Assembly (NCBI GenBank): GCA_965208675.1
Contig: OZ242351.1
Location: 4,256,001 to 4,320,000, forward strand
DNA length: 64,000 nt
From: Candidatus Poribacteria bacterium
GTDB lineage: Bacteria > Poribacteria > WGA-4E > PCPOR2b
Direction of reading: 5' to 3'
Part shown: piece after piece, positions 1 through 9,951 of the stretch
Position numbering within the stretch: the first letter of the stretch is position 1
Layout of the letters: every line of letters starts with the position of its first letter
Program-made: the position numbers and the translations under genes
Notes under the pieces: generated by a model
Databases searched by the model: none
Told to the model about the DNA's origin: nothing
Seen by the model: only the letters and a program-made list of their open reading frames with translations

Positions 1-498
1 AATGCCGCCATAGTGTTGCATATACCGCGCCGGCCAATTGTTAACATGCGAACCGGGCAATACCTCGGTGGGGCCCAATTCAGGGGGTGTATCTTGCGGA
101 TAATAGAAGACCTGAAGATAGTTCACCTCCGGACCGCACTTTGAACCGCCATCCCGATGCCATCTCTGAGACGATGAAGGGCATTCTCCACGATGTTGGC
201 TCATAAGAATCGGCAAGCCAAAGTTCATCCCAAGCAATGACCGAACGGCGCCTGCCGCTTGGGTATTAAGAATTACATTCTCAACAAACCAGTCATCCCT
301 TAAAATTTCGGTTGGTTCATAATAGGTATTTGCGTCGAGGTACTTGATTGCCTTGCGATTTATCTCATCAGGCACGACCCCGTTTAACACGAGAAAGCCC
401 TTTGTACAAAACTCTAAAATTTGCCCGTCTGTCAGGGTTGGCTCGCAGTCGTAAGTTCTCTGCGGTATGCTGTACCGCTCCCGGTTTGTAAGTTCCAT
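1..498 (-). CDS. Phytanoyl-CoA dioxygenase (PhyH) family protein, 3' end outside the window
   Basis: Manual translation from ATG at 498 (RBS GAGG upstream): MELTNRERYS...FCTKGFLVLNGVVP...QRWHRDG...GPTEVLPGSH. HxD and (V/L)PGSH motifs of the PhyH family. Confidence 0.8.
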   Translation of the reverse strand, partial: MELTNRERYSIPQRTYDCEPTLTDGQILEFCTKGFLVLNGVVPDEINRKAIKYLDANTYYEPTEILRDDWFVENVILNTQAAGAVRSLLGMNFGLPILMSQHRGECPSSSQRWHRDGGSKCGPEVNYLQVFYYPQDTPPELGPTEVLPGSHVNNWPARYMQHYGGI

Positions 499-671
499 GG
501 TAATATCCTCGTAGGAAAATGTTTGAAGTTGAAATTCATTGTCTTCATTTCTTGAAAATGGACAAAAACATTGGTTAAGTATTGCGGTTACCTTTAAAAC
601 CCAAACAACCGCAGCCGAATTTCATTTCGGGGCCAGAAAATTAAGATATGAGGGTAATCTAGTTTTGTCAA

Positions 672-2612
672 TCACCTCCGAATCGGGTGCCAAAAGTGGG
701 AATAAGTGGGCACATCGAAAATAATGCCGATGACACTCCAAATTGTCATTGACACGAAATCACCCAAGATAACGCCGACAGCCACGGGGATGGTCCTCCG
801 ATAAGCGCGCAAACCGCCGTATTTCAGGACAATGGATTTTACCAGCCACCCAATGAGGAACGGCGTCCACAGATAGTTCATAGTATGGTCATTTGCCATA
901 AGATAGCCGACAGGGTGCAGCGACCACCATAGAAAACGCGAGCGCATAAAGGCAAGAAACAGTACGACAATGAAACCCTGTGCGACGGTTGCCATGACCG
1001 GGTAATTCACTCCGCTGGGATAGACCATCCAACGTTCTAGAGCGCCAAAGGTAATCCACCCGAGATAGGTTCTACCTTTTGCGGCTCCAAATTCGAATAG
1101 TGTATGAAGCGATGCCAATAACGCAGCGGCGATCGCAACGCCGACCGCCAAGATGATGGCGGCAAACAACTTCGTATTGTCAATTCCGGTGCGTTCGGCG
1201 ACTTTAAATGCTTCCATCTGGTGCGGCATAGGATTGTTCCTGTTTGCAAGGGAAAACCAGCGAAGCAGTGCCATCATTCCGAGATTCTTTGTTCCGAGTC
1301 TACGTGTGCCGAGTGAATAATACAGGAGATTGCTTGGCCCGATTTCTGGGTAGTAGTGTACCGGCGCACCCAACTCGGCGCGCAGCTTGGTAACGCAGAT
1401 GGAAACTGCGCCGTAGAGCGCGAAGAATAGAAAAGCTACCCAGAGAGACATTCCGCCCATATAACAGAACCAGATTAGGATGACTAAGCCGAACACGACG
1501 CCAAGGAAAGCCATCCGAAAGGGGATTGGTTCAGAGCTTTCATCCACCTGTGTCCCTCCTACAAAGACCTTTTTCAAAATCTGACTCAGCCGCTTTCGGC
1601 TTGCCCAGATTGCTAGCAAACAGATGGCGAGATAAGCGCCGCCGCTGGCTTGGTGATTGAAAGCCATACCAGCCGGTATCGTCCATCCCATTATGTACCT
1701 GACGACTAATTCAGCTTTCCAAACGAGAAAGAAAAACCAAGCGGACAGCGAAAGGTCTAACGGACTGAAATAGACTAAGCCAATCATAAACGGGTAGAAA
1801 GAGATACGCGTCATGCCCATCGCAGTCCACGGTTTGTCCCTAAACAGATGGCCGAAGTCGACGTACCAGATGGGAACGTGCGGTACTTGCGGGAAAAAGA
1901 AGTAGAGACCGTTGAAAAGTTGGAAACCCAGCACAATGGTGAAGCTGGTCCACATCGCGCGCCGCTTGAAGAATTGTGATGTATCCTGTGTCATCTCAAG
2001 CGGAATCTGAATAATCGGATATGTAAGCCTTTCAGCGTTAATCCACTGGCTTCTGAAAAATACGGTAATAACCGCAAGGGTTGAAACAAGAACGAAGGCA
2101 AAGAATCCCCAAGCGAGGACAGGAGTGATTACGGCGCGGATATGTTCGGCGGTGTATAAGGTAGATTCACCTGTATAATAGTCCTTAACTGCACCCTCAC
2201 TGTGAAGGATTAACCATTTGGGAAGATGTGAAATGAAGAGGTTTGCCCAGTCGTTTTCAGGGGTAGCATATGCTACCGGATGCCCGATGACATGAACGAG
2301 GGTTTCTATGAACTCTAACCCGCAAATCACTGCTCCAATCGCCATCATCACGTATATCACCATCAACTCGCCCTGGCTGAATGCGTGCCGAGGCAGGAAT
2401 CGCTGCAAGAAGACGTTGAGTATGATTAGAGCGATTAGCCAGATTACTGCGTTCAGAATTAGCGCGACAGTTGTGGTTTCCGGTGAATAGCGAACGATTT
2501 CCATGTTGTAAATCCAGAAAGCGTTCACGATGATGAGCACGACGCCAATCAGGGTTGCACGTAATGTTACATGGGAGGATTTTTCTGCGTTCGTGGTCAA
2601 ATTATTTTGCAT
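672..2612 (-). CDS. Multi-pass membrane protein, DUF6785/DUF6784-type putative transporter
   Basis: About 646 aa with many hydrophobic helices; motifs ERLTYPIIQIP, RAELGAP, MPHQMEAFK, WWSLHPVGY, LKYGG. Start moved to ATG 2612. Confidence 0.65.
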   Translation of the reverse strand: MQNNLTTNAEKSSHVTLRATLIGVVLIIVNAFWIYNMEIVRYSPETTTVALILNAVIWLIALIILNVFLQRFLPRHAFSQGELMVIYVMMAIGAVICGLEFIETLVHVIGHPVAYATPENDWANLFISHLPKWLILHSEGAVKDYYTGESTLYTAEHIRAVITPVLAWGFFAFVLVSTLAVITVFFRSQWINAERLTYPIIQIPLEMTQDTSQFFKRRAMWTSFTIVLGFQLFNGLYFFFPQVPHVPIWYVDFGHLFRDKPWTAMGMTRISFYPFMIGLVYFSPLDLSLSAWFFFLVWKAELVVRYIMGWTIPAGMAFNHQASGGAYLAICLLAIWASRKRLSQILKKVFVGGTQVDESSEPIPFRMAFLGVVFGLVILIWFCYMGGMSLWVAFLFFALYGAVSICVTKLRAELGAPVHYYPEIGPSNLLYYSLGTRRLGTKNLGMMALLRWFSLANRNNPMPHQMEAFKVAERTGIDNTKLFAAIILAVGVAIAAALLASLHTLFEFGAAKGRTYLGWITFGALERWMVYPSGVNYPVMATVAQGFIVVLFLAFMRSRFLWWSLHPVGYLMANDHTMNYLWTPFLIGWLVKSIVLKYGGLRAYRRTIPVAVGVILGDFVSMTIWSVIGIIFDVPTYSHFWHPIRR

Positions 2613-2795
2613 GATGCGAAAACCATAAAATTTGGAGTGGCTCGGACGCCGAAGCACGGCGATTTCAATTTAGGTTGGGGCATCAATAAATCCCTATACA
2701 ATTTTGGCGCTGCCACTTCTAAAGCCGAAACGACTATAGCAGATTTTCGTTTCGAGGCCGGAATATAAAGATACAATAATAATCCTGCCGTGTCA

Positions 2796-3263
2796 ATCAT
2801 CTGTGAATCGGGTGCCAAAAGTGGGAATAGGTGGGGATATCAAGAATAATGCCGATGACACTCCAAATTGTCATCGACACGTAATCACCCAGGATTACAC
2901 CAACCGCCGCTGGGATAGGCCAGCCAACCTTCCAGAGTGCCATAGAACACCCAACCGAGACTACTTCTACTCTCCCCGGCTGAATGCGTGTCGGGGCAGG
3001 AATCGTTGCAAGAAGACGTTGAGTATGATTAGAGCGATTAGCCGGATTGCCGCGTTCGGAATTAACGCGACTGTTGTGGGTTCCGGAGAATAGCGGACGA
3101 TTTCCATGTTGTAAATCCAGAGTGCGATCACGACGATGAGCGCAACGCCAATCAGCGTCGCACGTAATGTTACGTGCGAGGAATTTGTTGCGTTCGCGGT
3201 CAAATTTTTTCGCATAATGCGAATTTCCGAATATTCGTCGGATTGGCGCGGCTGGTGATGCAT
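2796..3263 (-). pseudogene. Internally deleted paralog of the 672-2612 membrane protein gene
   Basis: Three collinear fragments match the intact gene: N-terminus (about 2970-3215 vs 2370-2612), a middle piece (2905-2965 vs about 1012-1075; LGWVFYGTLEGWLAYPSG vs LGWITFGALERWMVYPSG) and the C-terminus (2796-2905 vs 672-782). Confidence 0.85.
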
Positions 3264-4184
3264 TTAACAGATGGCGACAGGATTTCCGAATGAGCCGGTT
3301 GCCCCTTTTATCGGTATCGGCGCGAAAAAGAACGCGAATTCATAGACATTACCGCTAATCATTTCAGTGGTGTTCAAGTTTTCAAGTAGGTATATACCAT
3401 TAACCGTTAAAAAAATCTGATGTACAGGACAAAAGGCGTCATGTTCTTTGGTTGGCAAGACCTCAATGCCCCAATTGTCGGATCCTACAAGCACTATCTG
3501 CTTTTCAACAAGGAAGTGGGCGGCAGAAACACCAAGTCCGGGTTCACCGCTCAGATAACCGTGTTCCGAATCGTTATCCCGCCAGCGTTTTCCCCAGCCG
3601 GTATGAATAAGGACCACGTCGCCGGGATGGATTTCCAGGTTTTGTTTCTGCAACGCACGAAGCAAGTCTTGACCGGTTATTTCGTATTCTTTTTCGAGCG
3701 CGGGCTTCCCTTTGAGGCACGGAATGTCGAGTAAGATTCCACGGGTGAAAAACACTCCCACTTGTTCGATGCCGAGTTTCGTTACCCCCTCGGAGGTGAA
3801 TAATTCTTGCCGGTCGAATCCGTTGTAGAATGAATCCCCAATTCCAACATGAACGAGAGCGTCCATGTGCGTTCCGACATGAATGTTAGCGATTTCCAGC
3901 TTTTCATGAAATCCTGTTGATTTGTTGATGCCTTGCGGGGGCGATGTTGGTGAGACCGGGATTTCCAACTCCCAAGACCACGGCATGCCCTTATCGTAAA
4001 TGCGGCCGAGCTGATAGATTTTACCCTCTTTGATTAAGCCGATGGATTCCAGTACTTTTTCCGATGTCATCATGTTGGCTGCGCCGCGCTCATCATCGCA
4101 GCCCCATTTTGATGAACCGCGTTCAGGTTCTTCTGGCGGTGAATACGAACGGCCGCTTGATTTTGAAAGCTCCTGATTTTTCAT
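3264..4184 (-). CDS. Cyclase family (kynurenine formamidase-like) metallohydrolase
   Basis: HVGTHMDALVH signature, GDVVLIHTGW, VGSDNWGIE, GATGSFGNPVA. Confidence 0.85.
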   Translation of the reverse strand: MKNQELSKSSGRSYSPPEEPERGSSKWGCDDERGAANMMTSEKVLESIGLIKEGKIYQLGRIYDKGMPWSWELEIPVSPTSPPQGINKSTGFHEKLEIANIHVGTHMDALVHVGIGDSFYNGFDRQELFTSEGVTKLGIEQVGVFFTRGILLDIPCLKGKPALEKEYEITGQDLLRALQKQNLEIHPGDVVLIHTGWGKRWRDNDSEHGYLSGEPGLGVSAAHFLVEKQIVLVGSDNWGIEVLPTKEHDAFCPVHQIFLTVNGIYLLENLNTTEMISGNVYEFAFFFAPIPIKGATGSFGNPVAIC

Positions 4185-4447
4185 TTCAATCTCCTTTAGG
4201 TTTAGAGTGTTTCAACTGTCTTACAGAGCGGAAAATGCTTCGCTTCAAGTACCCGTTGAATCGGTAGTAAATGTGTCACTCATTGTATTCGATATGGGGC
4301 ATTTGTTCAATTGATTTATACATCCCGAACGCTTGATTCACTACACATATTCCTTACGAACCTCTGTGTGCGCACCTGCGGTTTTTGGACATCGAAGAAT
4401 TGATGTGCATGGCACGGTGGGTAGTCCGAATCGGCGGGTTTTGCTGC

Positions 4448-4476
4448 TTGACATCCGCCGCGAAGTTATGTAGAAT
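4448..4476 (+). promoter_or_regulatory. sigma70-type promoter upstream of the TolB-like gene
   Basis: TTGACA-17 nt-TAGAAT. Confidence 0.6.
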
Positions 4477-4718
4477 AGTTTAACCTCCAACCATTCCCGA
4501 TTTAATCAGAAGGCAATACCGTTAAAATTTATGGAATCCGGAATTTGGGGGTAATAACGAAGTCGGTTTCGTTATGACGAGATACAACCATGACACGAAT
4601 CAAGAGGTGGGCAGCGCTGCACATGTTCATTCCAAGCGAATCACTGAGTTAAATGCGGCACCGAAAATGGTTCCCAAATGAACTGACGATTTAACGTACA
4701 AAAGTGAGGTGACAATCT

Positions 4719-5717
4719 ATGTTAATACGGATAACGCCTATGTTTGCTCTTTCGGTTGTCGGTTTAGTCCTAATTAGCGTCATGTTTGTAGCGGGCGTCG
4801 AAGCACAAGCGCCGGCCGATTCGACAATCGCGATTACGACGAACGGCGCGGATTCCAACATCTGGCTAATTGACGCGGATGGCGCGAATGAGCGAGGGCT
4901 TCTACATGCTGGCGGACAACAACCCGTTGGTTTGGTATGGTCTCCGGACGGCACGAAGTTAGCGTTCCATAACAAAATTGGAGATAACGTCGATATTTAC
5001 CTGGTGGGTGCGAATGGGAAGAATTTGAAGCGTCTCACCGATCATGAGGCGGAAGATAGCAATCCCGATTGGCATCCAAGTGGTCAAAAACTAGCGTTCC
5101 AATCCATGCGGGACGGGAATTTTGAAATCTATACAATGACAGCGGCGGGGCAAGTCATTGAGAATCTTACGAACGATCCCGGTAACGACATTACGCCTGC
5201 ATGGTCACCAGATGCACGAAAGATAGCCTTTTCCGGCAAGCGGGGCAAAACCTTGGGAGATGTCTTTGTGATGGATTCAGATGGCGCCAACCCTCAGAAT
5301 ATTACAAATAACCGCTCCAAGGATTTAGATCCCCAGTGGGCTCCAGATGGAAAACAATTCATCTTTACGACGGAACGGAATGGAGCTGGTGATATCTTCC
5401 TTATGGATATCAACGGGGAAAATCAGAGACAGATTAATTTTGAGCCGAATCCCGGGTTTGTTGGTATCGACGGGGCTCCCGTGTGGTCTCCGGACGGCGG
5501 GGAGGTAGCTTACGAAGTCTGTGGAGCCGGGGTTTGCAAGATTATTGTGATTGATCCTGATAAGCCCAAAAATCAGCTTATCCTACCGCAACCGGGTGGA
5601 TTCAATCGTTCTCCTGCTTGGTTTGATCCGGAATTTGTGGTGGAATTCTCTGTCTCCCCTGCTGGCAAACGTCCGATGACCTGGGGTTGGCTGAAGCAAG
5701 TGAGACATAAGCAGTAA
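4719..5717 (+). CDS. Secreted TolB-like beta-propeller (PD40 repeats) protein with conserved C-terminal motif
   Basis: Signal peptide; repeated (P)xWSPDG motifs; C-terminus SVSPAGKRPMTWGWLK. Confidence 0.85.
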   Translation: MLIRITPMFALSVVGLVLISVMFVAGVEAQAPADSTIAITTNGADSNIWLIDADGANERGLLHAGGQQPVGLVWSPDGTKLAFHNKIGDNVDIYLVGANGKNLKRLTDHEAEDSNPDWHPSGQKLAFQSMRDGNFEIYTMTAAGQVIENLTNDPGNDITPAWSPDARKIAFSGKRGKTLGDVFVMDSDGANPQNITNNRSKDLDPQWAPDGKQFIFTTERNGAGDIFLMDINGENQRQINFEPNPGFVGIDGAPVWSPDGGEVAYEVCGAGVCKIIVIDPDKPKNQLILPQPGGFNRSPAWFDPEFVVEFSVSPAGKRPMTWGWLKQVRHKQ

Positions 5718-5830
5718 ACTGGAATTATAAGATATGGCAAGGAGGGTATCTGGTTAATCGGCCAGATTTCAGATGTGGATGCTCGGCTTGGTTCGAGAAT
5801 TAGGACTCACTGGCTAGAAGTTGAGCATCC

Positions 5831-6023
5831 ATTAGACATCTTTCCAAAATAATTCCACCGCCCGATAGCCCCAGACGGGATATTCGATCGTCAAATCGAA
5901 GATAGTTTTTTCAGACAAATAGAAATCACTGTTACACATAAACATCTAGCCCCAGCGGGGCGGCAGGTGTAAAGCGGCTACCCTCACATTGGGCTAATTC
6001 GCTGTTGGGGCAACCCTTGTGGT
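5831..6023 (+). repeat. Repeat family R1 (MITE/REP-like), truncated copy
   Basis: Near-identical to 34111-34308 and similar to 9488-9739; begins ATTAGACATCTTTCC and ends in hairpin GGGCAACCCTTGTGGTTGCCC. Confidence 0.85.
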
Positions 6024-6220
6024 TGCCCTTAACGCTCTTTCCTACTCGCTTCCTCTAAAACGGCGCTGTGTCAACGCGAGTTGCACGGCGTTGAAGCCGC
6101 GGCTGCTCAATCATTGGCTGAAATGTCTGGATTCTCAAGGACACAACGGACGCTATCAGCCAGCACATTTCAGGTTCTTTCCCTCCATTGCAGCGGTCGC
6201 GAACAGTTGAAATCACACGA

Positions 6221-7084
6221 CTACATACCTTGGCTGGGGTATTTGTCGTGCTCAATCCGCAGATCGAAGTCGTCCTGCTCCTCCCACACCGGCATTCCGT
6301 GCGGCACCTGATACTTGAACTGTTCCTCATCAGAAGGGTAGGGTGCTTTGCCGCGTTCATTGAAGGCGCGTTGCAGTAGTTTGCATCGTTGTGCGATGAA
6401 TCCGCGGCGCCACCGGCGGTGTTTTTCATTCCATGCGATTGTGCGCTGATCGAAGTAAATTACACGGCGAAGCTGACGGCTAGTGTTGGACCGACTGCCG
6501 TGGAGCACCTTCGTATGGTGGAGAAGGATGTCACCGGGTCCCATTTCCGCAGGCACTGCATTTGGGAGATCGAATTTTTTGCGTCCTTGTTCAATCATCG
6601 CCGCGGCTTCTTCAACGCTCCACACATGGCTGCCCGGAACGACCCAGACACAACCGTTGTCGACGGTCGATGCGTCAGGGTAGATGTCCACGTTAAAAAT
6701 TCGCGGCGTTTTTGCAAAGTGCTGATCGTCACGATGCCACGGCACAGAAGAGCCGTTTTCCGGTAACTTGAACACCAGTGACTCGAAGCACGGAATAAAA
6801 TCAAACCCGACCATTCGATTCAGCAGATCGGCGATGAAAGGGTGGGCAAGTAGTCGAAGCGAAAAAGAGTTGGGGTGGGAATGAAGATACCGCAGATAAT
6901 AAGGAACACCTTCAGGTCCGCGAGAACACCAAGAACCCGCCGGTCCCCCCGCTAGGACCTCATCAATTAAACGTAAACTTTCCCTTTTGATCTCCCCAAG
7001 TTCGTCCGGTTGGATAATTGCGCGTAGTATGACGAAACCGTTCTCATCAAAGTATTGTATATCTTCGTCTGTTATCTTTTTCAT
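6221..7084 (-). CDS. Phytanoyl-CoA dioxygenase (PhyH) family protein
   Basis: FDENGFVIL, PWHRD, NGCVWVVPGSH, LHGSRSN motifs. Confidence 0.9.
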   Translation of the reverse strand: MKKITDEDIQYFDENGFVILRAIIQPDELGEIKRESLRLIDEVLAGGPAGSWCSRGPEGVPYYLRYLHSHPNSFSLRLLAHPFIADLLNRMVGFDFIPCFESLVFKLPENGSSVPWHRDDQHFAKTPRIFNVDIYPDASTVDNGCVWVVPGSHVWSVEEAAAMIEQGRKKFDLPNAVPAEMGPGDILLHHTKVLHGSRSNTSRQLRRVIYFDQRTIAWNEKHRRWRRGFIAQRCKLLQRAFNERGKAPYPSDEEQFKYQVPHGMPVWEEQDDFDLRIEHDKYPSQGM

Positions 7085-7336
7085 TTAGGTGCCGCTGTAC
7101 ATGTTTTTCGCCATTTAACTTGCTATTGCGTGAAATCATGATTAGTGATATGATAAAAACGATCGAAGACGGACTGGATTTAGACATTAAAATCCACGCC
7201 TAACTGCAATAAGCAGACTACATTATACAATTAGCACTTCAGAATTACAACGCGTGTTTTAACGCAGTTCGCATGCACGGCACGATTTTCAAGTGCGGAA
7301 CGGTGCCCAGAATCAGTTTCGGACGGTGTATTTCCT

Positions 7337-8110
7337 ATGCTTGACAAGAATATGGTTGCAAATCTTCCATCGCTTCCAGGGGTATATTTTTTCCTTTGTA
7401 AATCGGGGAACATCCTCTACATCGGCAAAGCGAAATCGTTACGTAAACGAGTCGGATCCTACCTGCATAACCGGCGGCATCACGCGAAAGTTAAACGGTT
7501 GGTGCGCCGCGCCGCGCAAATTGATTATGCGGTGTGTGAATCAGAAATGGAAGCCCTATTGCTTGAATCGCACCTAATAAAAGAACATCAACCGCCATAC
7601 AATACTACCCTGAAATTCAACCGTCCCTCCTGGTTTATTCGGATCAATCCCAACGATTGTTTCCCCAAAGTAGACCTTGTATTGAAAATTGCTCCAGATG
7701 GCGCGAGATATTGGGGGCCATTTTCTAGCCGCCGCTGGACGGAGGAAGCCATCAAAGTATTGCACAAGATTTTCCCGATTCGGTCGTGCGAGGATGAAAT
7801 TACGCCCCAACCTGCGTTTCGCCCTTGCTTTAGTTACCATGTAGGGCGTTGCGGGGCGCCATGCGCTGCGCGAGTCAGCCAGAATGCGTACCACGCCATG
7901 ATTGAAAATGCCAGTCGTTTACTGGATGGAGAACATCAGGAGGTCGTCAAAGAACTGACTGATCAACGTAATCAAGCCGTAGACGAATTGCTATTTGAAC
8001 GAGCGAGTGCCATCCAGAAACAAATCGAACGCGTCCAAAAAGTTTTCGTTTACCTGAACGTACATCGAAATTATGCCAACACTAAAATTAAGGAGTTTCA
8101 TGGCATATAG
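7337..8110 (+). CDS. Short UvrC-like (Cho-type) GIY-YIG endonuclease with Cys-rich and UVR domains
   Basis: LPSLPGVYFF...LYIGKAKSLRKRV, EALLLES, PPYN, four Cys, LLFERA; lacks the C-terminal RNase H-like and HhH domains. Confidence 0.85.
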   Translation: MLDKNMVANLPSLPGVYFFLCKSGNILYIGKAKSLRKRVGSYLHNRRHHAKVKRLVRRAAQIDYAVCESEMEALLLESHLIKEHQPPYNTTLKFNRPSWFIRINPNDCFPKVDLVLKIAPDGARYWGPFSSRRWTEEAIKVLHKIFPIRSCEDEITPQPAFRPCFSYHVGRCGAPCAARVSQNAYHAMIENASRLLDGEHQEVVKELTDQRNQAVDELLFERASAIQKQIERVQKVFVYLNVHRNYANTKIKEFHGI

Positions 8111-8133
8111 CAATTAGATACCGATTTACTGAT

Positions 8134-8338
8134 TAGGGCGTGTTGACATTTGGCATCCCGTAGGTTGAATTGAACGGTTAAACGGCAGCCCCTATCAAGT
8201 GCAAAGGAATCTTTTGTAACACAATCTGTTAGATTGTGATCCGAGCCCGCAAACTAACAGTTTGCGCTACTTATATCAGATTATCCAATGGTGACAACCT
8301 TTGCCGAATCAGTAGCCTCAAAATGTCAACAGAACCTA
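8134..8338 (+). mobile_element. MITE family M1, copy 1 (205 bp)
   Basis: Imperfect terminal inverted repeats TAGGGCGTGTTGACA / TGTCAACAGAACCTA; near-identical inverted copy at 12825-13029. Confidence 0.8.
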
Positions 8339-8427
8339 GTATTGTATCAATTCAATTCGCGGCAAGGGTGGGTTGGAATCAGGGAGTACCACTGATGCGC
8401 CGCGGAAATTTGTTTTAGGAGGAAATA

Positions 8428-9486
8428 ATGGCGCCGCTCTATTCCATATCGGTATGTGGCGGACTTGAAAAGATTGCGCTTGAAGAGATTCAAGCCCGAT
8501 TTCATCGCACAGGCGGTTTGAAGGTCGTTGAACGAAGGCCGAAACGCATACTCTTTCGCTACTCTGGTGATGCGGAGCAATTGTTATCGCTTCGTGCCGC
8601 CGAAAATGTTTTCCTAATAATCAGAGTTTTTAGGGATATGACGCGATCCCGCCGCTCCTTAACAACGCTGAAAAAATCGTTCAGAAGGTTTGATTTTCGT
8701 CCGTATCTTGAGATTTGCCGAAACGCCGGAGTTCGATTTCGAAATCGGATTACTTTTCGCGTAACAAGCCGGATGTCTACTCGCCATAATTTTCGGCGAA
8801 TTGATTTGCAGCGAGCTGTTGAGGAGGCGCTTGCAAGTTGCGGATGGTATCTGACTAATGAGAATCCCGCACTCGATGTATGGGTGGAAATTCACGGGGA
8901 CGAAGCGCACGTGGCTATAAGGATTTCTCCGATGCATATGGCGCAAAGAGATTATAAGCAAGCTCATATCCCCGCCTCTTTAAAACCAACGGTCGCTTAC
9001 GGTCTCGTCCGTCTCTCCAATCCACAGCGCGACGATGTGTTCTTGGACGCAATGTGCGGCGCCGGAACTATTTTAATTGAACGAGCCTATTCCGGCCGTT
9101 ATCGCTATCTACTTGGCGGTGATGTCTTGCCCGAAGCGATTCGCGCGGCGCAGCAAAACATCAGCCGGAAGCATCGCCCGCGTCAACTCTTCTTATGGGA
9201 TTCCCGATCCCTTCCACTGGCACAGTGGAGTGTCGATAAAATTGTATGTAACCTGCCTTTTGGCGAACAGCGCAACGATGCCGAAATAAAGAGTCTGTAT
9301 CGACTGTTCCTCAAGGAATGCGAGCGTGTCTTGAAACCGACCGGGCGGATGGTGCTCCTCACTACCCAGCAGTCAACACTTGAGTATCTGTTGAAGCAAC
9401 GTGAATCTGTGTTTAAAATTGGGCAGAAATTTCGGATTAACCTGCTTGGGTTAAAACCTTGGGTTAACTTATGTCTTCCATATTAA
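8428..9486 (+). CDS. THUMP-domain RNA methyltransferase (TrmN/RlmL-like N2-methylguanine MTase)
   Basis: THUMP-like N-terminal half; ASLKPTVAY, LDAMCGAGTILIE and CNLPFG motifs. Confidence 0.85.
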   Translation: MAPLYSISVCGGLEKIALEEIQARFHRTGGLKVVERRPKRILFRYSGDAEQLLSLRAAENVFLIIRVFRDMTRSRRSLTTLKKSFRRFDFRPYLEICRNAGVRFRNRITFRVTSRMSTRHNFRRIDLQRAVEEALASCGWYLTNENPALDVWVEIHGDEAHVAIRISPMHMAQRDYKQAHIPASLKPTVAYGLVRLSNPQRDDVFLDAMCGAGTILIERAYSGRYRYLLGGDVLPEAIRAAQQNISRKHRPRQLFLWDSRSLPLAQWSVDKIVCNLPFGEQRNDAEIKSLYRLFLKECERVLKPTGRMVLLTTQQSTLEYLLKQRESVFKIGQKFRINLLGLKPWVNLCLPY

Positions 9487-9487
9487 T

Positions 9488-9917
9488 ATTAGACATCTTT
9501 CCAAAATAATTCCGCCGCCCGATAGCCCCAGAGCGAATCTTCGTTTGTTAAATTGATGATAGTTTTTCAGATTAAAGAACTCATAATACGACATCAACAT
9601 CTAGCCCCGGAGGGGCGAAAGGTATATAGATATCGTAGCGACACATCACATTTAGCCCTAGCGGGGCGGCAGGTGTATAGCGTCTACCCTTCCATTGGGC
9701 TAATTCGTTGTAGGGTCAACCGTTGTGGTTGCCCTTAACACACCGCACTAGCAGTCATAAACCAAAGCCCCAGAGCGAATCTTCGATCGTCAAATCGAAG
9801 ATAGTGTTTTCAGGCGTGTTCAGAAAACACATTTGTCAACTCTCCAAAATAATTCCAGAGCCCGATATCGCTGCAGTTTTGTCAACCGTATTGAGTCGAT
9901 TAGGAAAGATGTCTAAT
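9488..9917 (+). mobile_element. Repeat family R1, full-length MITE-like copy (430 bp)
   Basis: Perfect 15-bp terminal inverted repeats ATTAGACATCTTTCC (9488) / GGAAAGATGTCTAAT (9903-9917); internal TAGCCCC..GGGGCG and GTAGGG..GCCC hairpin units. Confidence 0.8.
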
Positions 9918-9951
9918 AACGAGCGCTTGCGGTCAAAGTGAGAATCGCGCA

